DNA from: Vicinamibacteria bacterium
GTDB taxonomy: Bacteria; Acidobacteriota; Vicinamibacteria; Marinacidobacterales; Marinacidobacteraceae
Reading direction: 5' to 3'
NCBI GenBank assembly: GCA_964291235.2
Contig: OZ219816.1
Span: 1,344,001 to 1,408,000 of the forward strand
DNA: 64,000 bases
Shown here piece by piece: positions 1-9,258 of this stretch. The first letter of the stretch is position 1. Each line of letters starts with the position of its first letter. Made by a program: the position numbers and the translations under genes. The notes below the pieces were generated by a model. The model was not told where the DNA came from. It ran no database searches and saw nothing but the letters and a program-made list of their open reading frames with translations.

Positions 1-29
1 TCTCCACGGTCAGCTCCTTCTGCGTCCCT

Positions 30-1580
30 TCATCCGGATGGCCTCGGCTCGCCGGCCCCGGCTCCCGCCTGAACCACCGGAAGAGGGATCCCCGACGACC
101 AGGATTCCGGTCCCGCCACTGGAACCGGCGCCTCGCCGGCAGCGTGGCGTAGCTTCGGCGCCTCCACCAGCTCACCGAGCAAACTGTTCGGGCCGAATCC
201 CGTGACCACGACTTCGGCAAAGCTTCCGGCGGCTTCCGCCGGACCCTGAAAGTTCACGATCCGATTGTCAGGGCCCCGTCCGGCGAGTTGGCCCCCCTTG
301 CGGCTCGGCCCTTCAATCAGAACTTCCATCCGGCGGCCGACCAGATCGCGGTGCAGGGCGAGCTGGATGTCCCGTTGCCGACTCTGCAGCTCGATCAGCC
401 GTCGCGTCTTCTCCGCGTCCGGAACATCATCAAGAAGCCGCTTCGACGCCAGAGTGTGGGGACGTTCCGAATACTTGAAGGAATAGACGGAGGAAAAACG
501 CACTTCGTCGAGAAGGGTCAGAGTGTCTTCGAACTCTCGCCGGGTTTCACCGCAAAACCCCACGATCAGGTCGGTGGACAGAGCCAGATCCGGCGCCTTC
601 TCCCGGGCCCGCCCGACGAGTTCCAGAAAGTCATCACGGGTGTAACCGCGACGCATTCGTTCCAGCACGCTGGTGGACCCGGACTGCGCGGGCAGATGCA
701 TGTGCGGCATCAGGGGTCCCCCGGCCGCGAAACGATCCATGAGAGCCGTACTGAAGTCTTTCGGGTGAGGGCTCGTGAAGCGGATCCGGCGGATGCCGGC
801 GACTGCACCCACCGCATCGGTGAGTTCGGCAAATCCCCGGCCATCTTCGGGATTCCGATAGGAATTGACGTTCTGGCCGAGGAGCTGAATCTCCCGGAAC
901 CCCGACGCGGCCAGAGATTCCGCTTCGCGCACGATCCGGGACACGCTTCGGCACCGCTCGCGGCCGCGGGTGAACGGCACCACGCAGAAGGAGCAGAAGT
1001 TGTCACAGCCCTCCATGATGGTGATGTAGGCCTTCACTCCGGGAATTCGATCGATCTGTTCCGGCGGGATGTCGAGGTTGTCCGGGTGCCGTCCGATCTC
1101 GACGACGTGCGACTCGCCGTCGAGCAACCGGCGCACCACGTCCGGAAGACACACCAGGCTCTGGGTGCCGAGGACGAAATCCACCGCCGGCGCCCGGCCG
1201 AAGATGGCGCCCCCTTCCTGCTGGGCAACGCAGCCCGCGACCCCGATGAGCCGGGGGCGCTCCTGGCCCCGGCCGACCAGTTGCTCGACCCGGGCAAACA
1301 CCTTCTCCTGCGCTTTTTCCCGAACGGAACAGGTATTGAGAACAACGATGTCCGCGGGCCGGGCGTCTGCGGACCGGGCGTCCGTGGTCTGGGCGTCCGC
1401 TGGACGGCAGCCGAGCGATCCGAGCGCGGCCGCCATCTTCTCGGAATCGTGCACGTTCATCTGGCAGCCCCACGTCTCGATCCGGAACCGCAGGGAAGCC
1501 GGCTCCCCACGCCTCCCCGAAGGATCCAACATCGGTTCGGACGTCCGCCGAGGCACGAAATCCGCTGCGCTGACGGTCAT
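30..1580 (-). CDS. miaB: tRNA-2-methylthio-N6-dimethylallyladenosine synthase MiaB
   Basis: UPF0004 motifs ETWGCQMNVHDSE and NTCSVREKA, radical-SAM CDNFCSFC (CxxxCxxC), C-terminal TRAM domain. Confidence 0.95.
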   Translation of the reverse strand: MTVSAADFVPRRTSEPMLDPSGRRGEPASLRFRIETWGCQMNVHDSEKMAAALGSLGCRPADAQTTDARSADARPADIVVLNTCSVREKAQEKVFARVEQLVGRGQERPRLIGVAGCVAQQEGGAIFGRAPAVDFVLGTQSLVCLPDVVRRLLDGESHVVEIGRHPDNLDIPPEQIDRIPGVKAYITIMEGCDNFCSFCVVPFTRGRERCRSVSRIVREAESLAASGFREIQLLGQNVNSYRNPEDGRGFAELTDAVGAVAGIRRIRFTSPHPKDFSTALMDRFAAGGPLMPHMHLPAQSGSTSVLERMRRGYTRDDFLELVGRAREKAPDLALSTDLIVGFCGETRREFEDTLTLLDEVRFSSVYSFKYSERPHTLASKRLLDDVPDAEKTRRLIELQSRQRDIQLALHRDLVGRRMEVLIEGPSRKGGQLAGRGPDNRIVNFQGPAEAAGSFAEVVVTGFGPNSLLGELVEAPKLRHAAGEAPVPVAGPESWSSGIPLPVVQAGAGAGEPRPSG

Positions 1581-3368
1581 TCAGCGATCCGCCACCCCTG
1601 CCGGAGCCCCCGGACCGCCGCTGCCGGGGGCTTGCGCGTCCGCACCGGCGAGCAGTTGGGATGCGTGCTGTCGGGCGCTTTCGGTGATCTCGGGTCCAGC
1701 GAGCATGCGGGCGATTTCCTCGATGCGGGAACCCTCTCCAAGGCGACGAACCCGAACCGCATTGCCGGATTCTAGTTTCTCGACCGTCAGGTGGACTCGC
1801 CCGAGGGCGGCAACCTGAGGCAGGTGGGTCACGGAGACGACCTGCCGGGAAGTCGCGAGGCGGCGGAGGCGGCGGCCCACGGCATCTGCGATCCGGCCGG
1901 AGGTTCCGGTGTCCGCCTCGTCGAAGATCAGGGTTGCGGCGCCTCCCTCTCCCGCTCCGGCCGCCTTGAGCGCCAGGAAGAACCGGGAGGACTCCCCCCC
2001 CGATGCGATCTCGCCGATCGGACCCGGCGCCATCTCGGAACTCGCGCTGAACAGGAACTCGACGCGGTCGAGGCCGTGTTCCGTGAAATGCCCGGTTCCG
2101 GGCTCCTCTTCCGCCTGAAACCGCCCCCGCACTGGTTCCAGCGCAATCGAGAAGCGAGCTCGCGGAATACCGAGTCCGGCGAGTTCGGCCTGCACCCGCT
2201 CGCCGAGTGCGCTCGCCGCGTTTTCCCGAGCGGCGTGGAGCGCCCCTGCCCTCTCCAGATAGCGCGAGGCGCCGGTCTCCGCGGCAGCCACCGCCCGGCG
2301 GCGCTCCTGGGCCTGGTCGGTGAGTTCGGCAAGAGCCTCCCGTATCTCCGCCGCCCGCGCGAGGAGTTCGTCCGCGCCACCCGTTCCTCGTGCGTAGCGC
2401 CGTTCCAGTCCGCGCAGTTCCCCGAGACGATCTTCGATTTCCGCGAGTCGCGCCGGCGCCGCCCGGACCCGGTCCCGCCGATCGCGCACTGCCGCCGCCA
2501 GATCCTCGACCTCCACGAGCAGGTCCGGGCGGCCCTCCAGCAGACGGGCTGTCTGGGGGTCGGAAGCCGCCGCGTCGTCGAGGGCGCGGAGTGCCACCGC
2601 CAGTTGGGAGCCGGCCGCCGCCTCGGACCCGTAAAGCGCCTGAAATGCACTTTCGAGCCGACCGGCGAGGTGTTCCGCATCACCGAGCGCGCGGCGCTCC
2701 GCAACGAGCGCCGCCATCTCGCCCGGCTCGGGCTGCACCCGTTCGATCTCTTCGAGCGTTCGCTGCATCTCGGCGCGCTCCGCGGCGGCCAACCGGAGGC
2801 GCTCCTCGAGCGCGTCCCGGTCCGCTTCGGCCGCACGCAGTTCACGAAAAGCCGCAGCGACCTCGTGCCGCAGACCGGCGTGCCCCCCGACGGCGTCCAC
2901 CGTCTCCCGCGCCGCCCCGGGCTGGAGCAGAGCCAGATACTCCCCCTGGCTGTACACCTCGGCGAGGTGCAGCCCCACCACGCGCAGCACCGCTACCGGA
3001 ACCGCGGCCCCGTTCAGGGACACCCGGTTCGAGATCGAGCGCCGTCCCGCGCCCAGACGCAGTTCCCGCCGGATCACGAGTTCGTCGTCTTCGGTCGATA
3101 TCCCGACCTCCTCACCCAACGCCTTGAGTCGTGCCCCGGTCGGAGATCCCGTTTCCGGGACGGCGAAGCCCGCCTCCACGACGGCCCGGTCCGCGGCCGG
3201 GCCCACGAGCTGCGAACGGCCGCGCGCACCGAGAACCAGTCCGAGCGCCTCGAGCAGCATGCTCTTTCCGACCCCCGTCTCGCCGGTCACCACGTTCAGC
3301 CCCTCTCCGAACTCAAGGGAAACATCCTTGAGAAGGGCGACGTTTCGCGCCCGCAGCCAATGAAGCAT
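1581..3368 (-). CDS. recN: DNA repair protein RecN
   Basis: Walker A GETGVGKS, long coiled coil, signature ASGGESSR, Walker B LIFDEAD, VTHLPQVA. Start set at ATG 3368 (MLHWLRARN), because the ORF-track extension runs into a repeat element. Confidence 0.93.
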   Translation of the reverse strand: MLHWLRARNVALLKDVSLEFGEGLNVVTGETGVGKSMLLEALGLVLGARGRSQLVGPAADRAVVEAGFAVPETGSPTGARLKALGEEVGISTEDDELVIRRELRLGAGRRSISNRVSLNGAAVPVAVLRVVGLHLAEVYSQGEYLALLQPGAARETVDAVGGHAGLRHEVAAAFRELRAAEADRDALEERLRLAAAERAEMQRTLEEIERVQPEPGEMAALVAERRALGDAEHLAGRLESAFQALYGSEAAAGSQLAVALRALDDAAASDPQTARLLEGRPDLLVEVEDLAAAVRDRRDRVRAAPARLAEIEDRLGELRGLERRYARGTGGADELLARAAEIREALAELTDQAQERRRAVAAAETGASRYLERAGALHAARENAASALGERVQAELAGLGIPRARFSIALEPVRGRFQAEEEPGTGHFTEHGLDRVEFLFSASSEMAPGPIGEIASGGESSRFFLALKAAGAGEGGAATLIFDEADTGTSGRIADAVGRRLRRLATSRQVVSVTHLPQVAALGRVHLTVEKLESGNAVRVRRLGEGSRIEEIARMLAGPEITESARQHASQLLAGADAQAPGSGGPGAPAGVADR

Positions 3369-3399
3369 CGGGATCCGGAGCGCCGGGAATTGCGCGTTA

Positions 3400-3586
3400 G
3401 CAGCCTGTGGACAAAGTGACGTGAGCACCGAGAACGGGGAGGCCCAGTTCTCCCGGTGGGGCCAGTTCTCCCGGTGGGGGCCCGGCTGACCCCGTTCTCC
3501 CGGTGAGGGGCCGGTTCAGCCGGGATCCATCGCCGTTCGAGCCCCCACCGGGAGAACTGGGCCGCGTGACTTTAGCCACAGGCTGC
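3400..3586. mobile_element. MITE-like element with terminal inverted repeats
   Basis: Left end GCAGCCTGTGGACAAAGT (3400-3417) and right end ACTTTAGCCACAGGCTGC (3569-3586) are near-perfect inverted repeats. Internal CCAGTTCTCCCGGTGGGG motif occurs three times direct and once inverted. Related copy at 32481-32679. Confidence 0.7.
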
Positions 3587-3708
3587 CAGGCCGCTGACGG
3601 ACGGGTTTCGGTCCCGGAGCCGGGCCAGACTCGGACACCGCCGGGTGCTGGCGCAGAAACGGACCCGAACCCCAACAGGTAGTGGGTGGGCATGGGTTAG
3701 GCTACTAT

Positions 3709-4581
3709 ATGTTGGGTATCCTGGTTACCCGCATCCTCTACGTGTTCGCCCGGTTCACGGCTTCGTGCAGCGCTGTTTTTGGGGCCGGGGTTTCGGTGCT
3801 GTTGCCCGCGACCGCGTGGGCGGGACAGGCGCCACCCGAGCAGCAGGCCGTCGAGGAAACCGTCACCGCGGTGGACATCGGCCGCTCCGGCGGACTGTTC
3901 GAGGGCGGCGGGATCCTCGGGCTCGTGGTGGAGGCCGGACCGGTTTCCTGGTTCGTCCTCGCAACACTCCTGTTCTTCAGCCTGTTCTCCTGGGCAATCA
4001 TCCTGAACAAGACCCGGCGACTGCGGCGGGCGGAACGGAATTCGGCGGCGTTCCTGAAACACTTCCGCTCTGCCACGCGATTCGCGGATGTCGTGACCTG
4101 GGCTCGGAAGCACCCGGACAGTCCGCTCGCCAGGCTCTTCAAAGCCGGCTACCAGGAGGTGCGGTATCAGTCCCGGCTGGATCAGGAAGACGAGGAGTCG
4201 ATGCGGCTGAGGGTGTCCAACATGGAAGCCGTGGCGCGATCGCTCCTCCGCGCCTCCTCGACCGAAACCGCAGCCCTCGAACAACGGATGATTTTCCTCG
4301 CGACTACCGGCGGCGCGACACCGTTCATCGGCCTGTTCGGAACCGTCTGGGGGATCATGAACGCGTTTCAGGACATCGCGCTGACCCAGGCGGCCAACAT
4401 CAGCGTCGTCGCCCCCGGCGTGTCGGAAGCACTGATTGCGACCGCTGCAGGCTTGGCGGCGGCGATTCCGGCAGTGATCGCCTACAACGCTTTTCTGGCC
4501 CAGATCCGCCGGATCACCAACACCATGGACGATTTTTCGCTGGAGTACGTGGCCATGCTGGAACGGCACCTGGCCCGCTGA
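3709..4581 (+). CDS. tolQ: TolQ (MotA/TolQ/ExbB proton channel)
   Basis: TPFIGLFGTVWGIM and VAPGVSEALIATAAGLAAAIPA motifs; first gene of the tol-pal operon; start uncertain (ATG 3709 chosen). Confidence 0.9.
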   Translation: MLGILVTRILYVFARFTASCSAVFGAGVSVLLPATAWAGQAPPEQQAVEETVTAVDIGRSGGLFEGGGILGLVVEAGPVSWFVLATLLFFSLFSWAIILNKTRRLRRAERNSAAFLKHFRSATRFADVVTWARKHPDSPLARLFKAGYQEVRYQSRLDQEDEESMRLRVSNMEAVARSLLRASSTETAALEQRMIFLATTGGATPFIGLFGTVWGIMNAFQDIALTQAANISVVAPGVSEALIATAAGLAAAIPAVIAYNAFLAQIRRITNTMDDFSLEYVAMLERHLAR

Positions 4582-4585
4582 CAGC

Positions 4586-5077
4586 ATGGCCATGGGGACC
4601 GCCGGAGGTTCCGCCGGAGGTTCAGGTCCGGGTTCGGGCTCCGCGCTGGCCCAACTCGGCGCCAAGCGGAGGGCGACCGCCGGAACCGCACTGTCCGAGA
4701 TCAACGTAACCCCCTTTGTGGACGTGGTACTCGTCTTGCTGATCATTTTCATGGTGACCGCCCCGCTCCTCGTCCGCTCGCTCGAGGTGAACCTGCCCAC
4801 GGCGCGCATGCGGTCGGCGGAGGCAACCGAGCGCGTCATTGTCACCGTCGATGCCGAGGGACGCACCTTCGTCGGAGAGCGCGCCGTGAATCCACTTCTC
4901 CTCGAGGAGCGGCTTCGTGAAATCGTCGATCTGGAAGGGGCTCGCGAAGGCTATCTGCAGGGGGATGTCTCGCTAGAATACGGACAGGTCATCGAGGTAA
5001 TCGACACGATGAAACGAGCGGGTTTTGACCGCGTTGGTCTCGTGTACGCCTACCCCGGCGAACAGCGCCAGAGGTAG
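4586..5077 (+). CDS. tolR: TolR/ExbD
   Basis: SEINVTPFVDVVLVLLIIFMVTAP signature; follows tolQ. Confidence 0.9.
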   Translation: MAMGTAGGSAGGSGPGSGSALAQLGAKRRATAGTALSEINVTPFVDVVLVLLIIFMVTAPLLVRSLEVNLPTARMRSAEATERVIVTVDAEGRTFVGERAVNPLLLEERLREIVDLEGAREGYLQGDVSLEYGQVIEVIDTMKRAGFDRVGLVYAYPGEQRQR

Positions 5078-5083
5078 TAGCCC

Positions 5084-6091
5084 GTGCCGGATCCACCCCG
5101 GAACCCACCCGTCCGGCGACCGACCGTCGCGTCCCCCCCGTCAACTCCCCCGTCCACAAGGTCGCCAACGAGGTCGTCACCGAGATCCGCATCGCGGGGT
5201 TCCGAAGACACGTTCCGGCGGAACCTCATGTGGTCGGCGACCGCGCACGTTGTTTTTCTCGGAGGCGCCGCGGTAGGTCTTGACCTCGACCGGAGACCTG
5301 ATCTCCTGCCTCCTTCCGCGGCCTTCATCGAACTCGGCATGTCCGGGCCGAACCCGACGCCCAACCTGGGCAGCGTGGCGGCGGCGCCCCCTGCCCCGGC
5401 GCCCGAGCCCGAACCCGAGCCCGAGCCGGAACCGCCGGCTCCCGAACCTCCGGAACCTGAGCCCGCCGCTCCCGAGCCACCGCCGTCCCGCCCGGAGGTA
5501 GTGCGCCCCACCGTCGAAAACCGGGACCGCATGCCGGTACCGGACGCCCGGGAGCGCCGCCGGTCCGCCCGCCCCGAGCGCCCGGAATCCGGCCTTCGGG
5601 GCCGGGATGCGGCGTGGGCGGACTCCGCGCGGCTCGAAACCCGCCGTCCCGTCGACACCAAATCCCGCCCGACCCGGCGCTCCGTCACTTCGAGTGCAGC
5701 CAACCGGGAAGCTGCCGGGAACACCGGAATCGGTCTCGGAGGGACGCCCGGAGGCACCCAGTTCGACCAGGATTTCGAATACGCGTTTTACCAGCGCCAG
5801 ATGATCGCCCGGATCCAGGCGAACTGGCAGCAGATCCCCGTTCGGGGACGGGCCACCGTCGTAATCCGGTTCACCATTTTCCGCGACGGCGGTATCAGCG
5901 ATGCGGAGGTCGAGACTTCGAGCGGTCAGTCGCTGCTCGACCGCGCCGCGCTCAGGGCGGTCGTCCTCGCCGAACCGCTTCCGCGGCTCCCTGACAGTTA
6001 TCCTCGGGATCGCGTCGGGGTCCACCTGCTCTTCACCTATTCGCAGGAAGCGAACGGCAGTCCGGACGGGCCGCCGGCCGAGGCTCCATGA
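5084..6091 (+). CDS. tolA: TolA/TonB-family energy transducer
   Basis: N-terminal TM with SxxxH (SATAH), Pro/Glu-rich linker (EPEPEPEP), TonB_C-like C-terminus (SSGQSLLDRAALRAV); lies between tolR and tolB. Confidence 0.8.
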   Translation: MPDPPRNPPVRRPTVASPPSTPPSTRSPTRSSPRSASRGSEDTFRRNLMWSATAHVVFLGGAAVGLDLDRRPDLLPPSAAFIELGMSGPNPTPNLGSVAAAPPAPAPEPEPEPEPEPPAPEPPEPEPAAPEPPPSRPEVVRPTVENRDRMPVPDARERRRSARPERPESGLRGRDAAWADSARLETRRPVDTKSRPTRRSVTSSAANREAAGNTGIGLGGTPGGTQFDQDFEYAFYQRQMIARIQANWQQIPVRGRATVVIRFTIFRDGGISDAEVETSSGQSLLDRAALRAVVLAEPLPRLPDSYPRDRVGVHLLFTYSQEANGSPDGPPAEAP

Positions 6092-7626
6092 GACACCCCC
6101 TACCCCGTCTTGGCCTCGCGTTCGCCGGTGCGGCGCTGGCCACCGGAGTCGCGGCGGCTTTCGTGCCGGTTTCCGTTTCGGTTGGCGCCGCCACCCCGGC
6201 CGGGGTCACGAACGCTTCGCCGGAGGCCGCAAGCGTCAGCGCCTCCTCCCGCAACCGAGTCCCGGCAAGCACGCTGAACTCCTCCCAGGACGCCGGCGAC
6301 TGGTATCTGGACATCACGCGCCCGGGAGCTCCGGTCAGGATGGCCATCCCGGATTTCAAGGCGGATTTCAACCCGATGCTGTCGGAGTCCGAACCGGGCG
6401 TCGGTGGCGAATCTCCGGCCGGAGACCCCCAACCGCTCGCCGACGAAACGGCCGCGGCGGTGTCGGTAGCCAGCGCGGTGCTGTGGGATGACATCGAGTA
6501 CGCCGGCGTGTACCGGATGCTTCCGAAGCGCTTTTATCGGATCGCCCAGGCCGGCTCCGCCGACCAGGCGCTTGATTACTACCAGTGGGAGTCGATCGGA
6601 GCCGACATCCTGATCGACGGAAATCTCTGGATCGAGGGCGATCTGCTGGTCGCCGAAGTCCGGATGCACGCGGTCCGGGCGCAGGAAAACGTCTTCGGCC
6701 GCCGCTACACGGCAGCTCGCGGCGCCGCCCGGCTGCTGGCTCACCGGATCGCGGATGACATCCTGGAACACGCGGGCAACTATCAGGGAGTAGCCCGGAC
6801 CCGGATCGCCTTCTCCACCACCCGTGCACAGCCGCGCAGCAAGGAAATCTTCCTGATGGATTACGACGGGCACGGCCAGCGGCCGGTGACCGCCAACGGC
6901 TCCTTGAACATCACCCCGAGTTGGTCGCCGGATGGGAGAGCCCTGAGCTACATCTCCTATCGCGAAGGCGCCCCCGCGCTCTATCTCGCGTTTCTCTATC
7001 AGGGCCGCGGAGAGAGACTCGTAGGGGACTTCCAATCCTTCACCCCTTCCTGGTCCCCGGACGGAAGGTGGATCGCGTTCACCTCGAATCGCGACGGCCA
7101 ATCCGAAATCTATCTGGCCGCGGTGGACGGCAGCGAACTGCGAAGACTCACCGACCACCGCGCCATCGACGTCGCCCCTACCTGGTCTCCGAACGGACGC
7201 ACAATCGCCTTCACTTCCGACCGGACGGGAGCCCCGCAGATCTACACCATGGATCGGGACGGCCTGAATCTGCGGCGCATTTCCTTCGAGGGCTCGTATA
7301 ACGACTCCCCTGCCTGGTCTCCGTCGCGGCAGTACAGCGAAATCGCCTACGCCTCCCGGATCGAGCGCCGTCCCTTCGACATTGTCGTTCATGATTTCGA
7401 GACGCGGCAGACGCGCCAGCTCACCACCGGACGCGGCAGCAACGAGAGTCCATCCTGGGCGCCCAACGGCCTGCACCTTGCGTTCACATCCAATCGTTCC
7501 GGCAGCGACCAGGTCTTCACCATGCACCGGGACGGTTCCAATCCGAAGCAACTCACCCGCGAGGGAAACAACACCACTCCGCGCTGGGGCAACCCCCCTC
7601 AAAACCCGCAATCGAGGCCGCGCTGA
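6088..7626 (+). CDS. tolB: Tol-Pal system beta-propeller protein TolB
   Basis: Signal peptide, TolB_N domain (AHRIADDI), multiple PD40 repeats (PSWSPDG, PTWSPNG). Confidence 0.93.
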   Translation: MRHPLPRLGLAFAGAALATGVAAAFVPVSVSVGAATPAGVTNASPEAASVSASSRNRVPASTLNSSQDAGDWYLDITRPGAPVRMAIPDFKADFNPMLSESEPGVGGESPAGDPQPLADETAAAVSVASAVLWDDIEYAGVYRMLPKRFYRIAQAGSADQALDYYQWESIGADILIDGNLWIEGDLLVAEVRMHAVRAQENVFGRRYTAARGAARLLAHRIADDILEHAGNYQGVARTRIAFSTTRAQPRSKEIFLMDYDGHGQRPVTANGSLNITPSWSPDGRALSYISYREGAPALYLAFLYQGRGERLVGDFQSFTPSWSPDGRWIAFTSNRDGQSEIYLAAVDGSELRRLTDHRAIDVAPTWSPNGRTIAFTSDRTGAPQIYTMDRDGLNLRRISFEGSYNDSPAWSPSRQYSEIAYASRIERRPFDIVVHDFETRQTRQLTTGRGSNESPSWAPNGLHLAFTSNRSGSDQVFTMHRDGSNPKQLTREGNNTTPRWGNPPQNPQSRPR

Positions 7627-8267
7627 TGAGACTCATACTGACCCGCCGGGCACTGGTAGCCACCGTTTCGGTGGCTCTCCTTTTCGCGCTGTTGTTCGGG
7701 GGGGCTGCCTGTTCTTCGGTTTCGCGCGGCCCGGCGACGGGGAGTGAGCCGGTGGCCGCTCCGATGACCGCTGCTGCCGAAGCGACGGAGTCGACGATGG
7801 CCGCCGAGCCGGAATCCTCGGATTCCGGTGGGTTGACCGAGGACGAAATCCTCGCCATCCCGCCCGAGGTGGGGAGCGAAACCGATCTTCTGGACATCGG
7901 TTCAAAGAGCCTGGAAGATCTGAATGCCGAGGGGCACCTCCAAGACGTGCAGTTCGAGTACGACAGCGCCCAGCTCAGCCCCAGGATCCGGGCCACCCTG
8001 GAAGAAAACGCCGACTGGCTGGCCCGCTACCCCACCGTCAGGATCCTGGTCGAGGGACACTGCGACGAACGGGGAACGATGGAATACAACCTCGCTCTCG
8101 GGGAGGAACGCGCCCGGGCCGTCCGGGACTACCTGCAGGAGCTCGGCGTCGGTTCCGGCCGGATGCGGATCATCAGTTACGGCAAGGAATTTCCTCTCGA
8201 CCCGGCTCACAACGAAGCTGCCTGGCGCCGGAATCGGCGCGCCCATCTGGAGATCGTCGCCAAGTGA
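7626..8267 (+). CDS. pal: Peptidoglycan-associated lipoprotein Pal
   Basis: Lipobox-like GAAC; OmpA-like domain VEGHCDERGTMEYNLALGEERA...NRRA. Confidence 0.93.
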   Translation: MRLILTRRALVATVSVALLFALLFGGAACSSVSRGPATGSEPVAAPMTAAAEATESTMAAEPESSDSGGLTEDEILAIPPEVGSETDLLDIGSKSLEDLNAEGHLQDVQFEYDSAQLSPRIRATLEENADWLARYPTVRILVEGHCDERGTMEYNLALGEERARAVRDYLQELGVGSGRMRIISYGKEFPLDPAHNEAAWRRNRRAHLEIVAK

Positions 8268-9220
8268 ATCCTCCCCCCACCGCATCCCGCTCCGGATTCC
8301 TCGTCGCCGGGGCGCTCCTGCTATCCCTCTCGGCCCCCGCCGTTTGTCTCGCTGGGGAAGCACTCGCCGGCGCTCAGCGGGACCAAAACCGCATCGTGTC
8401 CGAGATCCGGCAGATTCAGGTGCAACTGGCCACCCTGGTGGAGGCGCAGACTGCCCTGTTGCAGACCGTGGAACGTCTCCTCGAAGACCGGGAGGAACAA
8501 CTGACCGCGGACCGTCGCAGCCGCGCCGAAACCATGAACGCCCTGGATCGGATGGAGCGCAACGTCGCGACTCTGAGCGAAGCGTTCCGAAGTAGCAACG
8601 ACCGCCTTTCCGCCCTCATGGTGGAAGTGGAGGCGGTGCGGGATGCGCAGCGCCGAGCCGCCCTCACGGGGACTTCTCCGGCGACCGCCGCCGAGGAAAC
8701 TTCGAACGACGGTGAGGGAAACGAAGCGCCGGAGACCGGAAACGACGCGGCGACCGCTGCCGACGAGACCTCCGGGGAAGAAGGCGCGGACACCGGAGGC
8801 AGCACGGAAGAAGGAGCAACCCTCCTGGATGCGCCGAGTGTTTCCCAGATCTACTACGAGGCCGAGGCCGATTACCACCAGGGACGCTACGACCTCGCGT
8901 ACGCGAGCTTCGAGCGGGTTGCGGATCAAGGGGGAGCACTGGCGGACAACGCCCGTTTCTTCATGGGGGAATGCCGCCTGGCCGAAGAGCGTCTCGACGA
9001 CGCACTGGATCAATTTGAAATCGTGATCCGGGACTTCCCGGACAGCAGCAAGCATGGCGAGGCCTGGTACAGGAAAGGCCTCATTCTCGGGCGGATGGGG
9101 CATGACTCCGATGCGCGCGAAATCTTTGAGGACATCTTGGATGTTTTCGCCGGTACCACGGCGGCGCGTCTGGCGAAAAGGGAGCTGGACGCCATGCCCC
9201 CGCGGGATCCCGGCCGTTGA
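8264..9220 (+). CDS. cpoB: Tol-Pal protein CpoB/YbgF (coiled coil plus TPR)
   Basis: Signal peptide, N-terminal coiled coil, acidic linker, C-terminal TPRs (LADNARFFMGE, FPDSSK); follows pal. Confidence 0.8.
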   Translation: MNPPPTASRSGFLVAGALLLSLSAPAVCLAGEALAGAQRDQNRIVSEIRQIQVQLATLVEAQTALLQTVERLLEDREEQLTADRRSRAETMNALDRMERNVATLSEAFRSSNDRLSALMVEVEAVRDAQRRAALTGTSPATAAEETSNDGEGNEAPETGNDAATAADETSGEEGADTGGSTEEGATLLDAPSVSQIYYEAEADYHQGRYDLAYASFERVADQGGALADNARFFMGECRLAEERLDDALDQFEIVIRDFPDSSKHGEAWYRKGLILGRMGHDSDAREIFEDILDVFAGTTAARLAKRELDAMPPRDPGR

Positions 9221-9258
9221 GAGCCGGCCGCGCCACGCGGCCGGAAGGAGTAGTTGTG

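Noticed and set aside
1-33. Possible ACG-initiated ORF after miaB
   Set aside because: Better explained by SD AAGGAG (19-14) plus GTG at position 7 on the minus strand; too little sequence is visible to annotate
3441-3563. Short repeats that could suggest a CRISPR array
   Set aside because: Repeats are about 18 bp, adjacent or inverted, have no unique 30-40 bp spacers and no cas genes nearby; they lie inside a TIR-bounded element
5395-5485. Tandem GAGCCC/GAACCC repeats
   Set aside because: They encode the ordinary Glu-Pro linker of TolA/TonB
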